Below are positions 37,393 through 46,186 of a stretch of 64,000 bases of DNA, piece after piece; within the stretch, counting starts at the first letter, position 1; each line of letters begins with the position of its first letter. The stretch spans positions 83,404 to 147,403 of the forward strand of contig JAOZPG010000001.1 in NCBI GenBank assembly GCA_029932855.1, given 5' to 3'. A program made the translations under genes and the position numbers. The notes beneath the pieces are model-generated. The model made no database searches. It saw only the letters and a program-made list of their open reading frames with translations, and was not told the origin of the DNA. This DNA comes from Bacteroidales bacterium (GTDB lineage: Bacteria; Bacteroidota; Bacteroidia; Bacteroidales; VadinHA17).

Positions 37393-39138
37393 ATGAAGAG
37401 ATTGGTTTGTATTCAAAAAATATTATTTCTGTTTCTCACGTTGTTTTTATATATGAATTGTGCAAGAATTGCTTCTCCTCCCGGGGGTCCTAAAGATGAA
37501 ACTCCTCCACGAATAAAAAAGAGTGTTCCGGAAAATTTATCAGTTAATTTCAGTAGCAGGAATATTGAAATAGAATTTGATGAATATATTAAGTTTAATG
37601 ATATAAGCCAGCTCATTACATCTCCGCCGATGAAAGAAAAACCAGAAATTAAACTGAAAGGAAAAGGATTACAAATAAAACTTAATGAAGAATTACAGGA
37701 TAATACAACCTACACGATTAATTTTGGTAATGCAATAGTTGACAATAATGAGTCTAATGCAATTGAGAATTTTCAATATGTTTTTTCTACCGGACCAGAC
37801 CTTGATTCTTTAAGTCTTGCCGGAAAGGTTGTAAATGCTTTTGATCATAGCTTAGCCGAGGATGTTTATATACTTCTTTATGAAAATCTTTCAGATTCGA
37901 CAATATATAATGAAAAACCTCTTTACCTGACAAAGACCGATAAAAGAGGATATTTTAAGATCAATAATCTCAAAGAAGGAGATTATCAGGTTTTTGCATT
38001 GGAAGATGTTAATAGAAATTATATTTATGAACCACCGGAAAAACTGTCATTTATTGATTCAGTAATACACTTAGATGCGGATTTTAAAACTGACACAATT
38101 AGTTTATCTGATAGTTTAGGGCCTGTACCGGAAATGATTAATTTATATTTGTTTGAAGAAGTTGTCCCCAAACAATATATAGAAAGCTCAACCCGTATTT
38201 CTGATAATAATATCTTGCTGGTTTTTAATGAAGTATTAATAAAAGAACCAGGATTTTCACTTCCCGGATATTCCGAAAAGGATAACTGGTTTATAATAGA
38301 AAACTATATCGTAGGTGATAGTATTGGTCTGTGGATCACAGATACTGCAATAATTAATCTTACAAGATTAAATCTGGAAATAAAATACCCTCTGTCCGGA
38401 GTTGATACAGGCTTATTCTATACTGATACAATTAGTTTGAGTGTAAAGAAGAACAAAAGCAAAGGAAACAGGAAAGCATTGGGTAAGAGCGAAATGGAGA
38501 CAAAGCCGGAGCCACAAACAACAAACTTGAACCTTATGCCGGGCAGTGGAAATATATTAGATCTTAATAAGGCTTTTTGGTTTGAAAGCAGAACGCCGGT
38601 CAACAATATTGACACAAGCAGGATCTCGTTATTTGAAATTGTGGATTCTGTTGAAACAAAATTGAATTTTCGGCTTGCTTTTAACAAGAGAGATTTCAGG
38701 AGGCTGTTTTTCAAAACTGACTGGAAAGAAGGTACTGATTACAGGATAAAACTGTATCCTGGTGCAGTGAATGATATTTATGATAATAAAAATGACAGCA
38801 CTGAATTTTCTTTCAAGACAAGAAAGATGGATGAATATGGTTCTATAATTATGGAGATGCAGGAGATAGAAGAAGAAATGATAATTCAGTTGCTTGATGA
38901 GAAAAATAATATTTTGAGATCAATATCAATTAAATCTGATACCATCCTGAATTTTGAATTTCTGCAGCCTAAAACATACAGGATAAAAGCAATACTTGAT
39001 AAAAACAAAAATGGTAAATGGGATACCGGATCATGGTTAAAAAAATTACAGCCGGAAAAAATTGATTTTTATATTGAAGAAATAAAACTCAGGTCTAACT
39101 GGGAATTTACCAAAACCTGGAAACCTGATCCACAATAG
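37393..39138 (+). CDS. lipoprotein with N-terminal Ig-like (SbsA/Big_5-like) domain, unknown function
   Basis: 581 aa with a lipobox LYMNCA, followed by SPPGGPKDETPPRIKKSVPENLSVNF, which is typical of a widespread Bacteroidota Ig-like lipoprotein family. A consensus-spaced promoter lies upstream. Confidence 0.68.
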   Translation: MKRLVCIQKILFLFLTLFLYMNCARIASPPGGPKDETPPRIKKSVPENLSVNFSSRNIEIEFDEYIKFNDISQLITSPPMKEKPEIKLKGKGLQIKLNEELQDNTTYTINFGNAIVDNNESNAIENFQYVFSTGPDLDSLSLAGKVVNAFDHSLAEDVYILLYENLSDSTIYNEKPLYLTKTDKRGYFKINNLKEGDYQVFALEDVNRNYIYEPPEKLSFIDSVIHLDADFKTDTISLSDSLGPVPEMINLYLFEEVVPKQYIESSTRISDNNILLVFNEVLIKEPGFSLPGYSEKDNWFIIENYIVGDSIGLWITDTAIINLTRLNLEIKYPLSGVDTGLFYTDTISLSVKKNKSKGNRKALGKSEMETKPEPQTTNLNLMPGSGNILDLNKAFWFESRTPVNNIDTSRISLFEIVDSVETKLNFRLAFNKRDFRRLFFKTDWKEGTDYRIKLYPGAVNDIYDNKNDSTEFSFKTRKMDEYGSIIMEMQEIEEEMIIQLLDEKNNILRSISIKSDTILNFEFLQPKTYRIKAILDKNKNGKWDTGSWLKKLQPEKIDFYIEEIKLRSNWEFTKTWKPDPQ

Positions 39139-39150
39139 GAAAATAGTTAT

Positions 39151-40116
39151 ATGAAAGAAGTAGCAGCAGGTATTGATATTGGGGGCACCAATTCTGTAGT
39201 TGGTTTGGTTGAGAAAAATGGTAATATTTATAATACCACAACAATCCCAACTTTAAAATATCATGAGCCTCGTGATCTTATTTATAATCTACACATATCT
39301 ATACAGGCTATGTTAAAAGATGCTAAAGAAGAGCTTCAGTTAACAGGAATAGGTATAGGTGCCCCCAATGCCAATTATTACAGGGGTAGTGTAGAAGACC
39401 CTGCCAATCTTCCCTGGAAAGGAATAATCCCGGTAAGGGCTATGTTTTCTGAATATTACGATCTTCCTGTTATCATAACAAATGACGCAAATGCTGCTGC
39501 CGTTGGAGAAATGATATATGGCGGGGCCAGGGGCATGAAAGATTTTGTTGTTCTTACACTGGGAACCGGACTGGGAAGTGGAATTATTGTAAACGGAGAT
39601 CTGGTTTATGGTAATAGTGGTTTTGCAGGAGAACTTGGACATATGATAATGTTTCCAGATGGCAGACAGTGCGGTTGCGGTCGTAAAGGATGTCTTGAAA
39701 CCTATGTTTCGGCAACAGGGATATGCAGAACAGTAAGTGAATTAATTGATAAGGGCTTCAGTCCGGGAATGCTTAATAAATATAAGCCGGAACAACTAAA
39801 TTCATTACTTATTTCAGAAGCTGCTGAGGCCGGGGATAAAATAGCTCTTGAGGCATTTGAAAGAACTGCTGAAGTATTGGCTATAGCCATAGCCAATACA
39901 GTAGTTTTTACCAGTCCCGAAGCAATTTTTTTGTTTGGCGGTTTATCCAGGGCTGGTAAACTTCTTATGGATCCTTTAAAAAAGTGGGTGGCTGAAAAAA
40001 TAATGTTATCTTTCAAAGACTCTTTTAAGCTCTTATTTTCTTCCCTGGAAAATAAAAATGCAGCCGTACTTGGATCAAGCGCCCTGGTCTGGAAAGAACA
40101 AAACAACAGTAAATAA
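39151..40116 (+). CDS. ROK family sugar kinase (glucokinase / N-acetylglucosamine kinase-like)
   Basis: 321 aa. ATP site GIDIGGTNS, ROK signature and zinc site GHMIMFPDGRQCGCGRKGCLETYVS. There is no N-terminal HTH. Confidence 0.88.
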   Translation: MKEVAAGIDIGGTNSVVGLVEKNGNIYNTTTIPTLKYHEPRDLIYNLHISIQAMLKDAKEELQLTGIGIGAPNANYYRGSVEDPANLPWKGIIPVRAMFSEYYDLPVIITNDANAAAVGEMIYGGARGMKDFVVLTLGTGLGSGIIVNGDLVYGNSGFAGELGHMIMFPDGRQCGCGRKGCLETYVSATGICRTVSELIDKGFSPGMLNKYKPEQLNSLLISEAAEAGDKIALEAFERTAEVLAIAIANTVVFTSPEAIFLFGGLSRAGKLLMDPLKKWVAEKIMLSFKDSFKLLFSSLENKNAAVLGSSALVWKEQNNSK

Positions 40117-40131
40117 TAAAATATAATAATT

Positions 40132-41139
40132 ATGGATTTAATAAATAGTAAATATAAAGGAATAGCACTGGTAAAAGAGATGTTGGAAACACCTGGTATT
40201 ATAAGGAATTTTAAGCCGGAAGAATCCATGGAATATGCCGAAAAACTAAGATCAAGGAAAAAATTGTTACTGACAGGAGAGGGAAGCAGCAGGATATTTC
40301 CGGCAAAAAGAGCAATACAATATGCTTTACAAAGGGGACTTGAGATGTCGGTTTTTACAGAAGGTTCAACCCAGGCTATAGAATATGATCTGCGTGATGT
40401 GGGAGTACTTGGAGCATCCAATTCAGGACAAACAAAAGAACTTATGAGATTAATTTTGCATTTAAAAGACAGATCTCATAATTGTTTTTTCGGTATTACA
40501 GCAAGTAAGAATTCAAGACTTGAAGAACATACTCTTGCAACCCGGGTATTGAATTGCGGGAAAGAAAATGCAGTGGCCGCCACAAAATCGGTAATGGAAC
40601 AGGCCCTGTTTTATGACAGCCTAATAAGAAATATGGCGGGATTGAAAATGGAGGGGCTCGACCGCCTGGCAGACCAGGTGGAAGAAGTTCTTAGCATGAA
40701 AACAGATGATAAGATCATTGATAAACTTTCATCTGCAGAGATGATCTATTTTTCAGGAAGAAATAACGGGGCGGCTGAAGAACTGGCTCTTAAAACAAAT
40801 GAGATATGCAGGAAAAAATCTGATTTCCTGGAAGGAACATACGCATTACATGGCATAGAGGAAGTAATGTCGGAAAATGAAACCCTTGTTCTTGTTAGTC
40901 CTTTTAAAGAAGAAGAAAGTAAATATGTTGAGTATCTTGAAAAAGGCGTGGGAATGCCATTGATAGCTATAGCCGACAGGGAAACCAGTTTCCCGACAGT
41001 TAAAATTCCGGGTTCGGAACAATACAGTGAATATATTGAGCTGGCAGCCGGATGGAACCTGCTTGTTGAAACAGGGATATCTCTTGGTATTGATCTCGAC
41101 AAACCACAAAGGGCACGAAAAGTAGGGAACCAGTTTTAA
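40132..41139 (+). CDS. double SIS-domain sugar-phosphate isomerase/deaminase (AgaS / FrlB / GlmS-isomerase-like)
   Basis: 335 aa. First SIS motif LTGEGSSRIF...GASNSGQTKE, with a second SIS-like half. It lies 15 nt downstream of the ROK kinase. Confidence 0.75.
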   Translation: MDLINSKYKGIALVKEMLETPGIIRNFKPEESMEYAEKLRSRKKLLLTGEGSSRIFPAKRAIQYALQRGLEMSVFTEGSTQAIEYDLRDVGVLGASNSGQTKELMRLILHLKDRSHNCFFGITASKNSRLEEHTLATRVLNCGKENAVAATKSVMEQALFYDSLIRNMAGLKMEGLDRLADQVEEVLSMKTDDKIIDKLSSAEMIYFSGRNNGAAEELALKTNEICRKKSDFLEGTYALHGIEEVMSENETLVLVSPFKEEESKYVEYLEKGVGMPLIAIADRETSFPTVKIPGSEQYSEYIELAAGWNLLVETGISLGIDLDKPQRARKVGNQF

Positions 41140-41147
41140 GGAAATAT

Positions 41148-41172
41148 AAGCCCCTGAAAATTTCAGGGCTTT
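41148..41172. terminator. strong hairpin between convergent SIS and ispD genes (candidate bidirectional terminator)
   Basis: AAGCCCCTGAAaatTTCAGGGCTT forms a stem of about 10 bp with one bulged C. It lies 9 nt after the SIS gene stop and includes the ispD stop codon. T-runs are short on both sides. Confidence 0.5.
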
Positions 41173-41864
41173 AGTGATTCTGAATATGGGTCATTATTAT
41201 TTAGAATTCCGGCAAGCTTAAGATCGGTTTTATTGGTTATTTTTATATTTGAAGATTCTCCTTTTACCAGGTTAATTGTTTCCCCAATACTTTCCAGCAT
41301 GTTTGATTCATCAGTAAAGCTATCTTTCCATGCTTGCTTAAAAGCCTTTTTAAGTAGTTTAATATCAATAATCTGAGGGGTTTGAAGCCCCACATAATCT
41401 TCACGGTTAACTGAGAAGTTATTATTTCCCTCAAGTTTTCTCAATGTGTCGGTAACAGGAATATATGGAATAGCATTACCCTTTTCTTTAGCCTGCAGGA
41501 AACAGCGCGAAATAAGATCGTATCCCGGAAATGGCCTTGCCGCATCATGTATCGCAACAATACCTGTATCAGGTAATTTAGCTATAGCATTTTTTACAGA
41601 ATGATATCTTGTTTTCCCGCCCGGGACTATAATAACCATTTCCGGAACCGGGTATTGTTTAATTAATTCCTGCCAGTAATTAATATAAGTCTCGGGAAGC
41701 ACCAGGAATAAGGGCATTGAAGGATCAAAGTTGTGAAATACATCAATGCTCCAGTGTATCACAGGCTTTCCTTGCAGCAACAAGAATTGCTTGGGAGTTT
41801 TTTCTCCCATTCGCAGCCCCTTCCCACCGGCAACAATAATACAATATTTCATCTTATCATTCAT
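41163..41864 (-). CDS. ispD: 2-C-methyl-D-erythritol 4-phosphate cytidylyltransferase
   Basis: N-terminal IIVAGGKGLRMG and HDAARPF blocks. The start is ambiguous (ATG at 41915, 41864 or 41852); family N-termini normally begin a few residues before the VAGG motif. Confidence 0.9.
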   Translation of the reverse strand: MNDKMKYCIIVAGGKGLRMGEKTPKQFLLLQGKPVIHWSIDVFHNFDPSMPLFLVLPETYINYWQELIKQYPVPEMVIIVPGGKTRYHSVKNAIAKLPDTGIVAIHDAARPFPGYDLISRCFLQAKEKGNAIPYIPVTDTLRKLEGNNNFSVNREDYVGLQTPQIIDIKLLKKAFKQAWKDSFTDESNMLESIGETINLVKGESSNIKITNKTDLKLAGILNNNDPYSESLKP

Positions 41865-41952
41865 CTTTGTAAAGATACTTGTTTTTATCTCGTTTATCAT
41901 TCTGTACAAAAACAATCCTTTTCAAACTTTCTCAATAATACCCTGGCAGGGT

Positions 41953-42084
41953 ATGGGAAAAGACAGGCTATATTTATTACCTAAAAATGACAATTGGGTG
42001 GTTTTTGGAGATGTTCAGGTAATATTCAGGACTGATGCATCTGATCATTGTGCGGTATTTGCTAAGGTTGGATATAAAAGATAA
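41953..42084 (+). pseudogene. C-terminal remnant of an endonuclease/exonuclease/phosphatase (EEP) family gene
   Basis: The translation MGKDRLYLLPKNDNWVVFGDVQVIFRTDASDHCAVFAKVGYKR ends like EEP proteins (RIDYI-type strand followed by a SDHxPV-type catalytic His). Only about 45 codons remain, where the family normally has 250 or more. Confidence 0.3.
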
Positions 42085-42665
42085 ACTTAATAGATATCCA
42101 TTGAAACGAAGAACTTTGGATTTTAACTACAAATTTCCGCTAAATCTGTTGTTAAAACTTACATTTTTTTTGTTTGTGTGACGGGAAAGATTTATCTGTA
42201 ATTATTTCTTAATGTTATTATGTTAAACAGGAAACATGTAATGATCATTTATGCCGGATAAAGATGATATTTGAGCGAAGACAATATAATTACAGATCAA
42301 AACAGGCTATTCGCGAGTATGATATTTTGTGAAATGAACAAAGCATTGTTTATAAAAGCGAAGAAATATACACTGGCTGAAAGCGGTAAATAATACGCAT
42401 ATGTTTTTAATTTGTAGTTTTCCGGATCAAATAAATCTGGTTTAGACAGGACAATGTTTTTTAATCATAGTTTAATTAATAAAATTTGTAGCTGAGGCTT
42501 TTAATAAATCATAGTCCATGTTATTGATTAAATCATTTTCTTTATTAGTCCGATTATCAGCAAATAATAATAATGGGTTTAATAAGCAGAAATAAATAAA
42601 AGTAAAATCTGAATTTGAAATATTTACTCAACTCATGAACAGGGGAACACAATATTCAATAAATA

Positions 42666-44147
42666 ATGAAACTATACATTAATAATAACAGGTTGGCGAT
42701 CCTTGTTGTGTTAAGTTTATTTTTTTCTCTTTCTTCCTGTACAAAGGGAAAAAACAAATCTCTTCCCAATATCATAATTATTTATGCCGATGATATGGGC
42801 TATGGTGATCTTGGTAGTTTTGGGGCTAAGGGTTTTGATACTCCCGTGTTGGATAAGATGGCGGCCGAAGGGATGCGTTTTACAGATTTTTATTCTGTGC
42901 AGGCAGTATGTAGTGCTTCAAGGGCGGGTCTTCTTACGGGTTGTTATCCTAACAGGATAGGTATTTCCGGGGCTTTAATGCCATGGTCCAGAAAAGGACT
43001 GGACGATGATGAGATGACTATTGCAGAACTGTTGAAGCAAAAAGATTATGCAACAGGCATTGTGGGAAAATGGCATCTTGGATGGCAGAAGCAGTTTCTT
43101 CCTTTACAGCATGGCTTTGATTTTTACCTGGGCCTGCCATATTCTAATGATATGTGGCCGGTTGATTATGACGGAACCCCGGTGACCAAAGAATCGCCCA
43201 AGCCATGGAAATCCAAATATCCTCCGCTTCCTCTTTATGAGAATAATGAAATTACAGATACAATAGAGAATCTTGATGAACAAGCCCTGCTTACAACAAG
43301 ATATACTCAGGCGGCAGTTGATTTTATTCAGAAAAACCAGGACAAAGCCTTTTTTCTTTATTTTGCTCATTCCATGCCTCATGTTCCGCTGGGAGTATCT
43401 GATAAGTTCAGGGGAAAAAGTGAACAGGGAATGTATGGAGATGTAATAATGGAGATAGACTGGTCCCTTGGTTGTTTACTAAAGACCCTCAAAGAAACAG
43501 GAAACGATAAAAACACCCTGGTGATATTTACAAGCGACAATGGACCCTGGCTGAATTTTGGCAATCATGCAGGATCAGCAGGCGGTCTGAGGGAAGGAAA
43601 GGGTACAAGCTTTGAGGGAGGTCAGAAAGAACCATGCATTATGTGGTGGCCCGGTATTATTCCCGGGGGGGAAACGTGTAATGAGATATGTGCAACCATA
43701 GATATTTTACCTACTATTGCCAGTATAACGGGAACCAGGCTATCTGATAATATAATTGACGGGGTAGATATATCCTCTCTTCTTCGCGGAGATAAAAATG
43801 CCCGTCCCCGCAACAAGCTTTATTATTATTATCAAAAAAATGCTCTTGAGGCAGTTAGAAAAGGAAAATGGAAACTTGTTTTACCTCATAAGCATAGAAC
43901 ATATGAGGGACTTCTTCCGGGGAATGATGGTTCTGCAGGACCCACACATATAGTGGCAACGGATACGGCTCTTTTCAACCTCAGAAGGGATCCGGGAGAA
44001 AGATATGATGTAAAAATGCTTTACCCGGAAGTTCTTGAAGAGTTATTGTTAATTGCGGAAGAGGCAAGGACTGATCTTGGAGATGATCTTACAGGAAGAA
44101 AAGGGATAAACAACAGGCCTCCCGGGATTATCCCGGAGACTGAATAA
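42666..44147 (+). CDS. arylsulfatase-family sulfatase, lipoprotein, CxAxR-type formylglycine motif
   Basis: 493 aa with a lipobox SLSSCT. Blocks IIIYADDMGYGDLG and CSASRAGLLTG (nt 42909-42923), GKWHLG and FTSDNGP. Confidence 0.92.
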   Translation: MKLYINNNRLAILVVLSLFFSLSSCTKGKNKSLPNIIIIYADDMGYGDLGSFGAKGFDTPVLDKMAAEGMRFTDFYSVQAVCSASRAGLLTGCYPNRIGISGALMPWSRKGLDDDEMTIAELLKQKDYATGIVGKWHLGWQKQFLPLQHGFDFYLGLPYSNDMWPVDYDGTPVTKESPKPWKSKYPPLPLYENNEITDTIENLDEQALLTTRYTQAAVDFIQKNQDKAFFLYFAHSMPHVPLGVSDKFRGKSEQGMYGDVIMEIDWSLGCLLKTLKETGNDKNTLVIFTSDNGPWLNFGNHAGSAGGLREGKGTSFEGGQKEPCIMWWPGIIPGGETCNEICATIDILPTIASITGTRLSDNIIDGVDISSLLRGDKNARPRNKLYYYYQKNALEAVRKGKWKLVLPHKHRTYEGLLPGNDGSAGPTHIVATDTALFNLRRDPGERYDVKMLYPEVLEELLLIAEEARTDLGDDLTGRKGINNRPPGIIPETE

Positions 44148-44156
44148 TCTATTGAA

Positions 44157-46127
44157 TTACCTGCAGTACTTGCTTATTGCAAAATAGGCATCTTTAATAC
44201 CAAGCTCTCCTGCCTTACTGAGGTCACGACATCCTTTCTCGGTTTCATTATAATATAAATGTATCAAAGCCCTGTTATAATAAGCGTCGGCAAAATCCTT
44301 ATTTAGTGAGATAGCCTGGTTATAATCATAAATTGCTTCAGGAAGGCTGTTTAGCATGCTTTTTACATAAGCCCTGTTGTAATATGCCGTTGCTAAATCA
44401 GGTTTTAAAACTAAAATATGGTTATATGTTTTTAGCAGGTTTTCGTAGTCATCAGTATTATCAGATTTCTTAATATTTCTTTTTTCTTCCCTGTTTCCTA
44501 TCATCAGGAAATCATTTTTTACATCAATAGAATTCAACATTTCTGTAAGTTGAAATTTTAATCCCGCCATTGTAAATAATAAGAGATAATTATCGGGACT
44601 TTCTTTAATGGCTGCATTCATATTTAGGAATGCAGAGTTAAAATCATTTAGATTTCCATATAATATGCCTTTAATAAAACCAATCAGGTATTTGTCTTTA
44701 TTGATATTTACTTTCTCAATAGCAGCAAGAAGCTCTTTTTCGTCAAGAGATTTTTGATTATCAGGATGGGTGAAGCCAATCTTAATTGCCTCACCAAGCT
44801 GTGAATTCAGGCTTAGAATGTCTTTCTCATAAAATGGACTGATATATTTGTTTTCAACGATTGAAATAATATATACCTGCTTCATTTGAACGGAAAAATT
44901 CATAATAGAAAACTTTGTTCCTGCTATATTTCCATTTTCGAAGTTTGCTTTAAGCTCTATGAGTTTATTGAAATAGCTTGAATCTATCCTGGCAAAGTTT
45001 TTTTGCAAAAAGCTGTCGCTGGATATTTTTTCGGCCAGCAACCTATCTTCTTCAGCCCCGGCAAAATCATACATTTTGCTTTTTGCTACTGACCTGTTTA
45101 AATAAGCCTGAGTAAAACCCGGGTATAGTTCAATAACCCTGGTAAAATCATCGATTGAAGCTAACAGTTCGCCGGTATTTAACCTGGCTCCTCCACGGTT
45201 AAAAAACGCAAAGATATTATTTGGATTTAGTTCAATAACCCGGTTATAATCAAAAATGGCTCCCTGGTAATCACCTCCCTGGGTTCGAAGTATGGCTCTG
45301 TTATAATATGTCAGGGCATTAAGCGGGTCTAACTCTATTACGAGGTCATAATCAGCCATTGCTCCGGCCAGATCATCCTGCTTATATTTAGTAAGAGCCC
45401 TGTAATAAATTGCCCTTGAATTTGTAGAATCAAGTTTTATAATAAAATTAAAATCATCAAGAGCATTCGGGTAATCCTCCATCTGGTAATAAATAAGGCC
45501 TCTACGGTAGAAAGATTCAACATTATACTTATTTATGCTGATGGCCTGTTTACAATCCCCAAGTGCTTTTTCATACTCCTTCATCATTGTCCATACCATA
45601 CTCCTGTTCAGGTAAGCCTGGTAATTTCTTGAATCTATAAGGATTGCTTCATTAAAATCGGCCATTGCACCGACAGTATCATTCAGCAAGACTTTTGTAA
45701 ATCCCCTGCTGGAATAGATATCCGGATTAACCGGATCAATTTCAATGGCCAAGTTATAATCGCGAATAGCTGAATTATAATTATTAAGCCTTTCCTGACT
45801 TATGCCACGGTAATGGTATGCATGAGAAAAATAAGGATGTAGCTCAATGGCAAAGGAAAAATCATAACGGGCACCAACCAGGTCACCCAGGTTAAATTTG
45901 GCAACCCCTCTGAAAAAGTATGGTTGGTAAAGCTTATTGTTAATTTTTATGATTGCATTAAATCTTCGTATAGCTTCCTGGTATTCTCCGCTGAACAAGC
46001 TTCTTTTGCCGAGTTCCAGGTAATTTTGAATGTTTAATTGGGCATAACTGTCTGCCTGGTTAAGGAAACATGTAGAAACAAATACCACAATTATTATCAA
46101 ATAAAACTTTTTAAGACTTTGTTTCAT
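44157..46127 (-). CDS. tetratricopeptide repeat protein (secreted)
   Basis: 656 aa with a signal peptide. It has two blocks of tandem TPRs of the type YYNRA...GDYQGAIFDYNRVIELNPNN. Confidence 0.8.
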   Translation of the reverse strand: MKQSLKKFYLIIIVVFVSTCFLNQADSYAQLNIQNYLELGKRSLFSGEYQEAIRRFNAIIKINNKLYQPYFFRGVAKFNLGDLVGARYDFSFAIELHPYFSHAYHYRGISQERLNNYNSAIRDYNLAIEIDPVNPDIYSSRGFTKVLLNDTVGAMADFNEAILIDSRNYQAYLNRSMVWTMMKEYEKALGDCKQAISINKYNVESFYRRGLIYYQMEDYPNALDDFNFIIKLDSTNSRAIYYRALTKYKQDDLAGAMADYDLVIELDPLNALTYYNRAILRTQGGDYQGAIFDYNRVIELNPNNIFAFFNRGGARLNTGELLASIDDFTRVIELYPGFTQAYLNRSVAKSKMYDFAGAEEDRLLAEKISSDSFLQKNFARIDSSYFNKLIELKANFENGNIAGTKFSIMNFSVQMKQVYIISIVENKYISPFYEKDILSLNSQLGEAIKIGFTHPDNQKSLDEKELLAAIEKVNINKDKYLIGFIKGILYGNLNDFNSAFLNMNAAIKESPDNYLLLFTMAGLKFQLTEMLNSIDVKNDFLMIGNREEKRNIKKSDNTDDYENLLKTYNHILVLKPDLATAYYNRAYVKSMLNSLPEAIYDYNQAISLNKDFADAYYNRALIHLYYNETEKGCRDLSKAGELGIKDAYFAISKYCR

Positions 46128-46186
46128 CGGCTGAAAATGATGCTTTGGAATAAGAATTGCAATTTAAGGAATAATAAGAAACAGGC

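Noticed and set aside
39702-40421. A 239-aa minus-strand ORF spanning the ROK kinase / SIS gene junction.
   Set aside because: It is antisense to two genes with clear family motifs. Its translation is low-complexity (rich in S, L, P, A) with no recognisable motif, which is typical of a shadow ORF.
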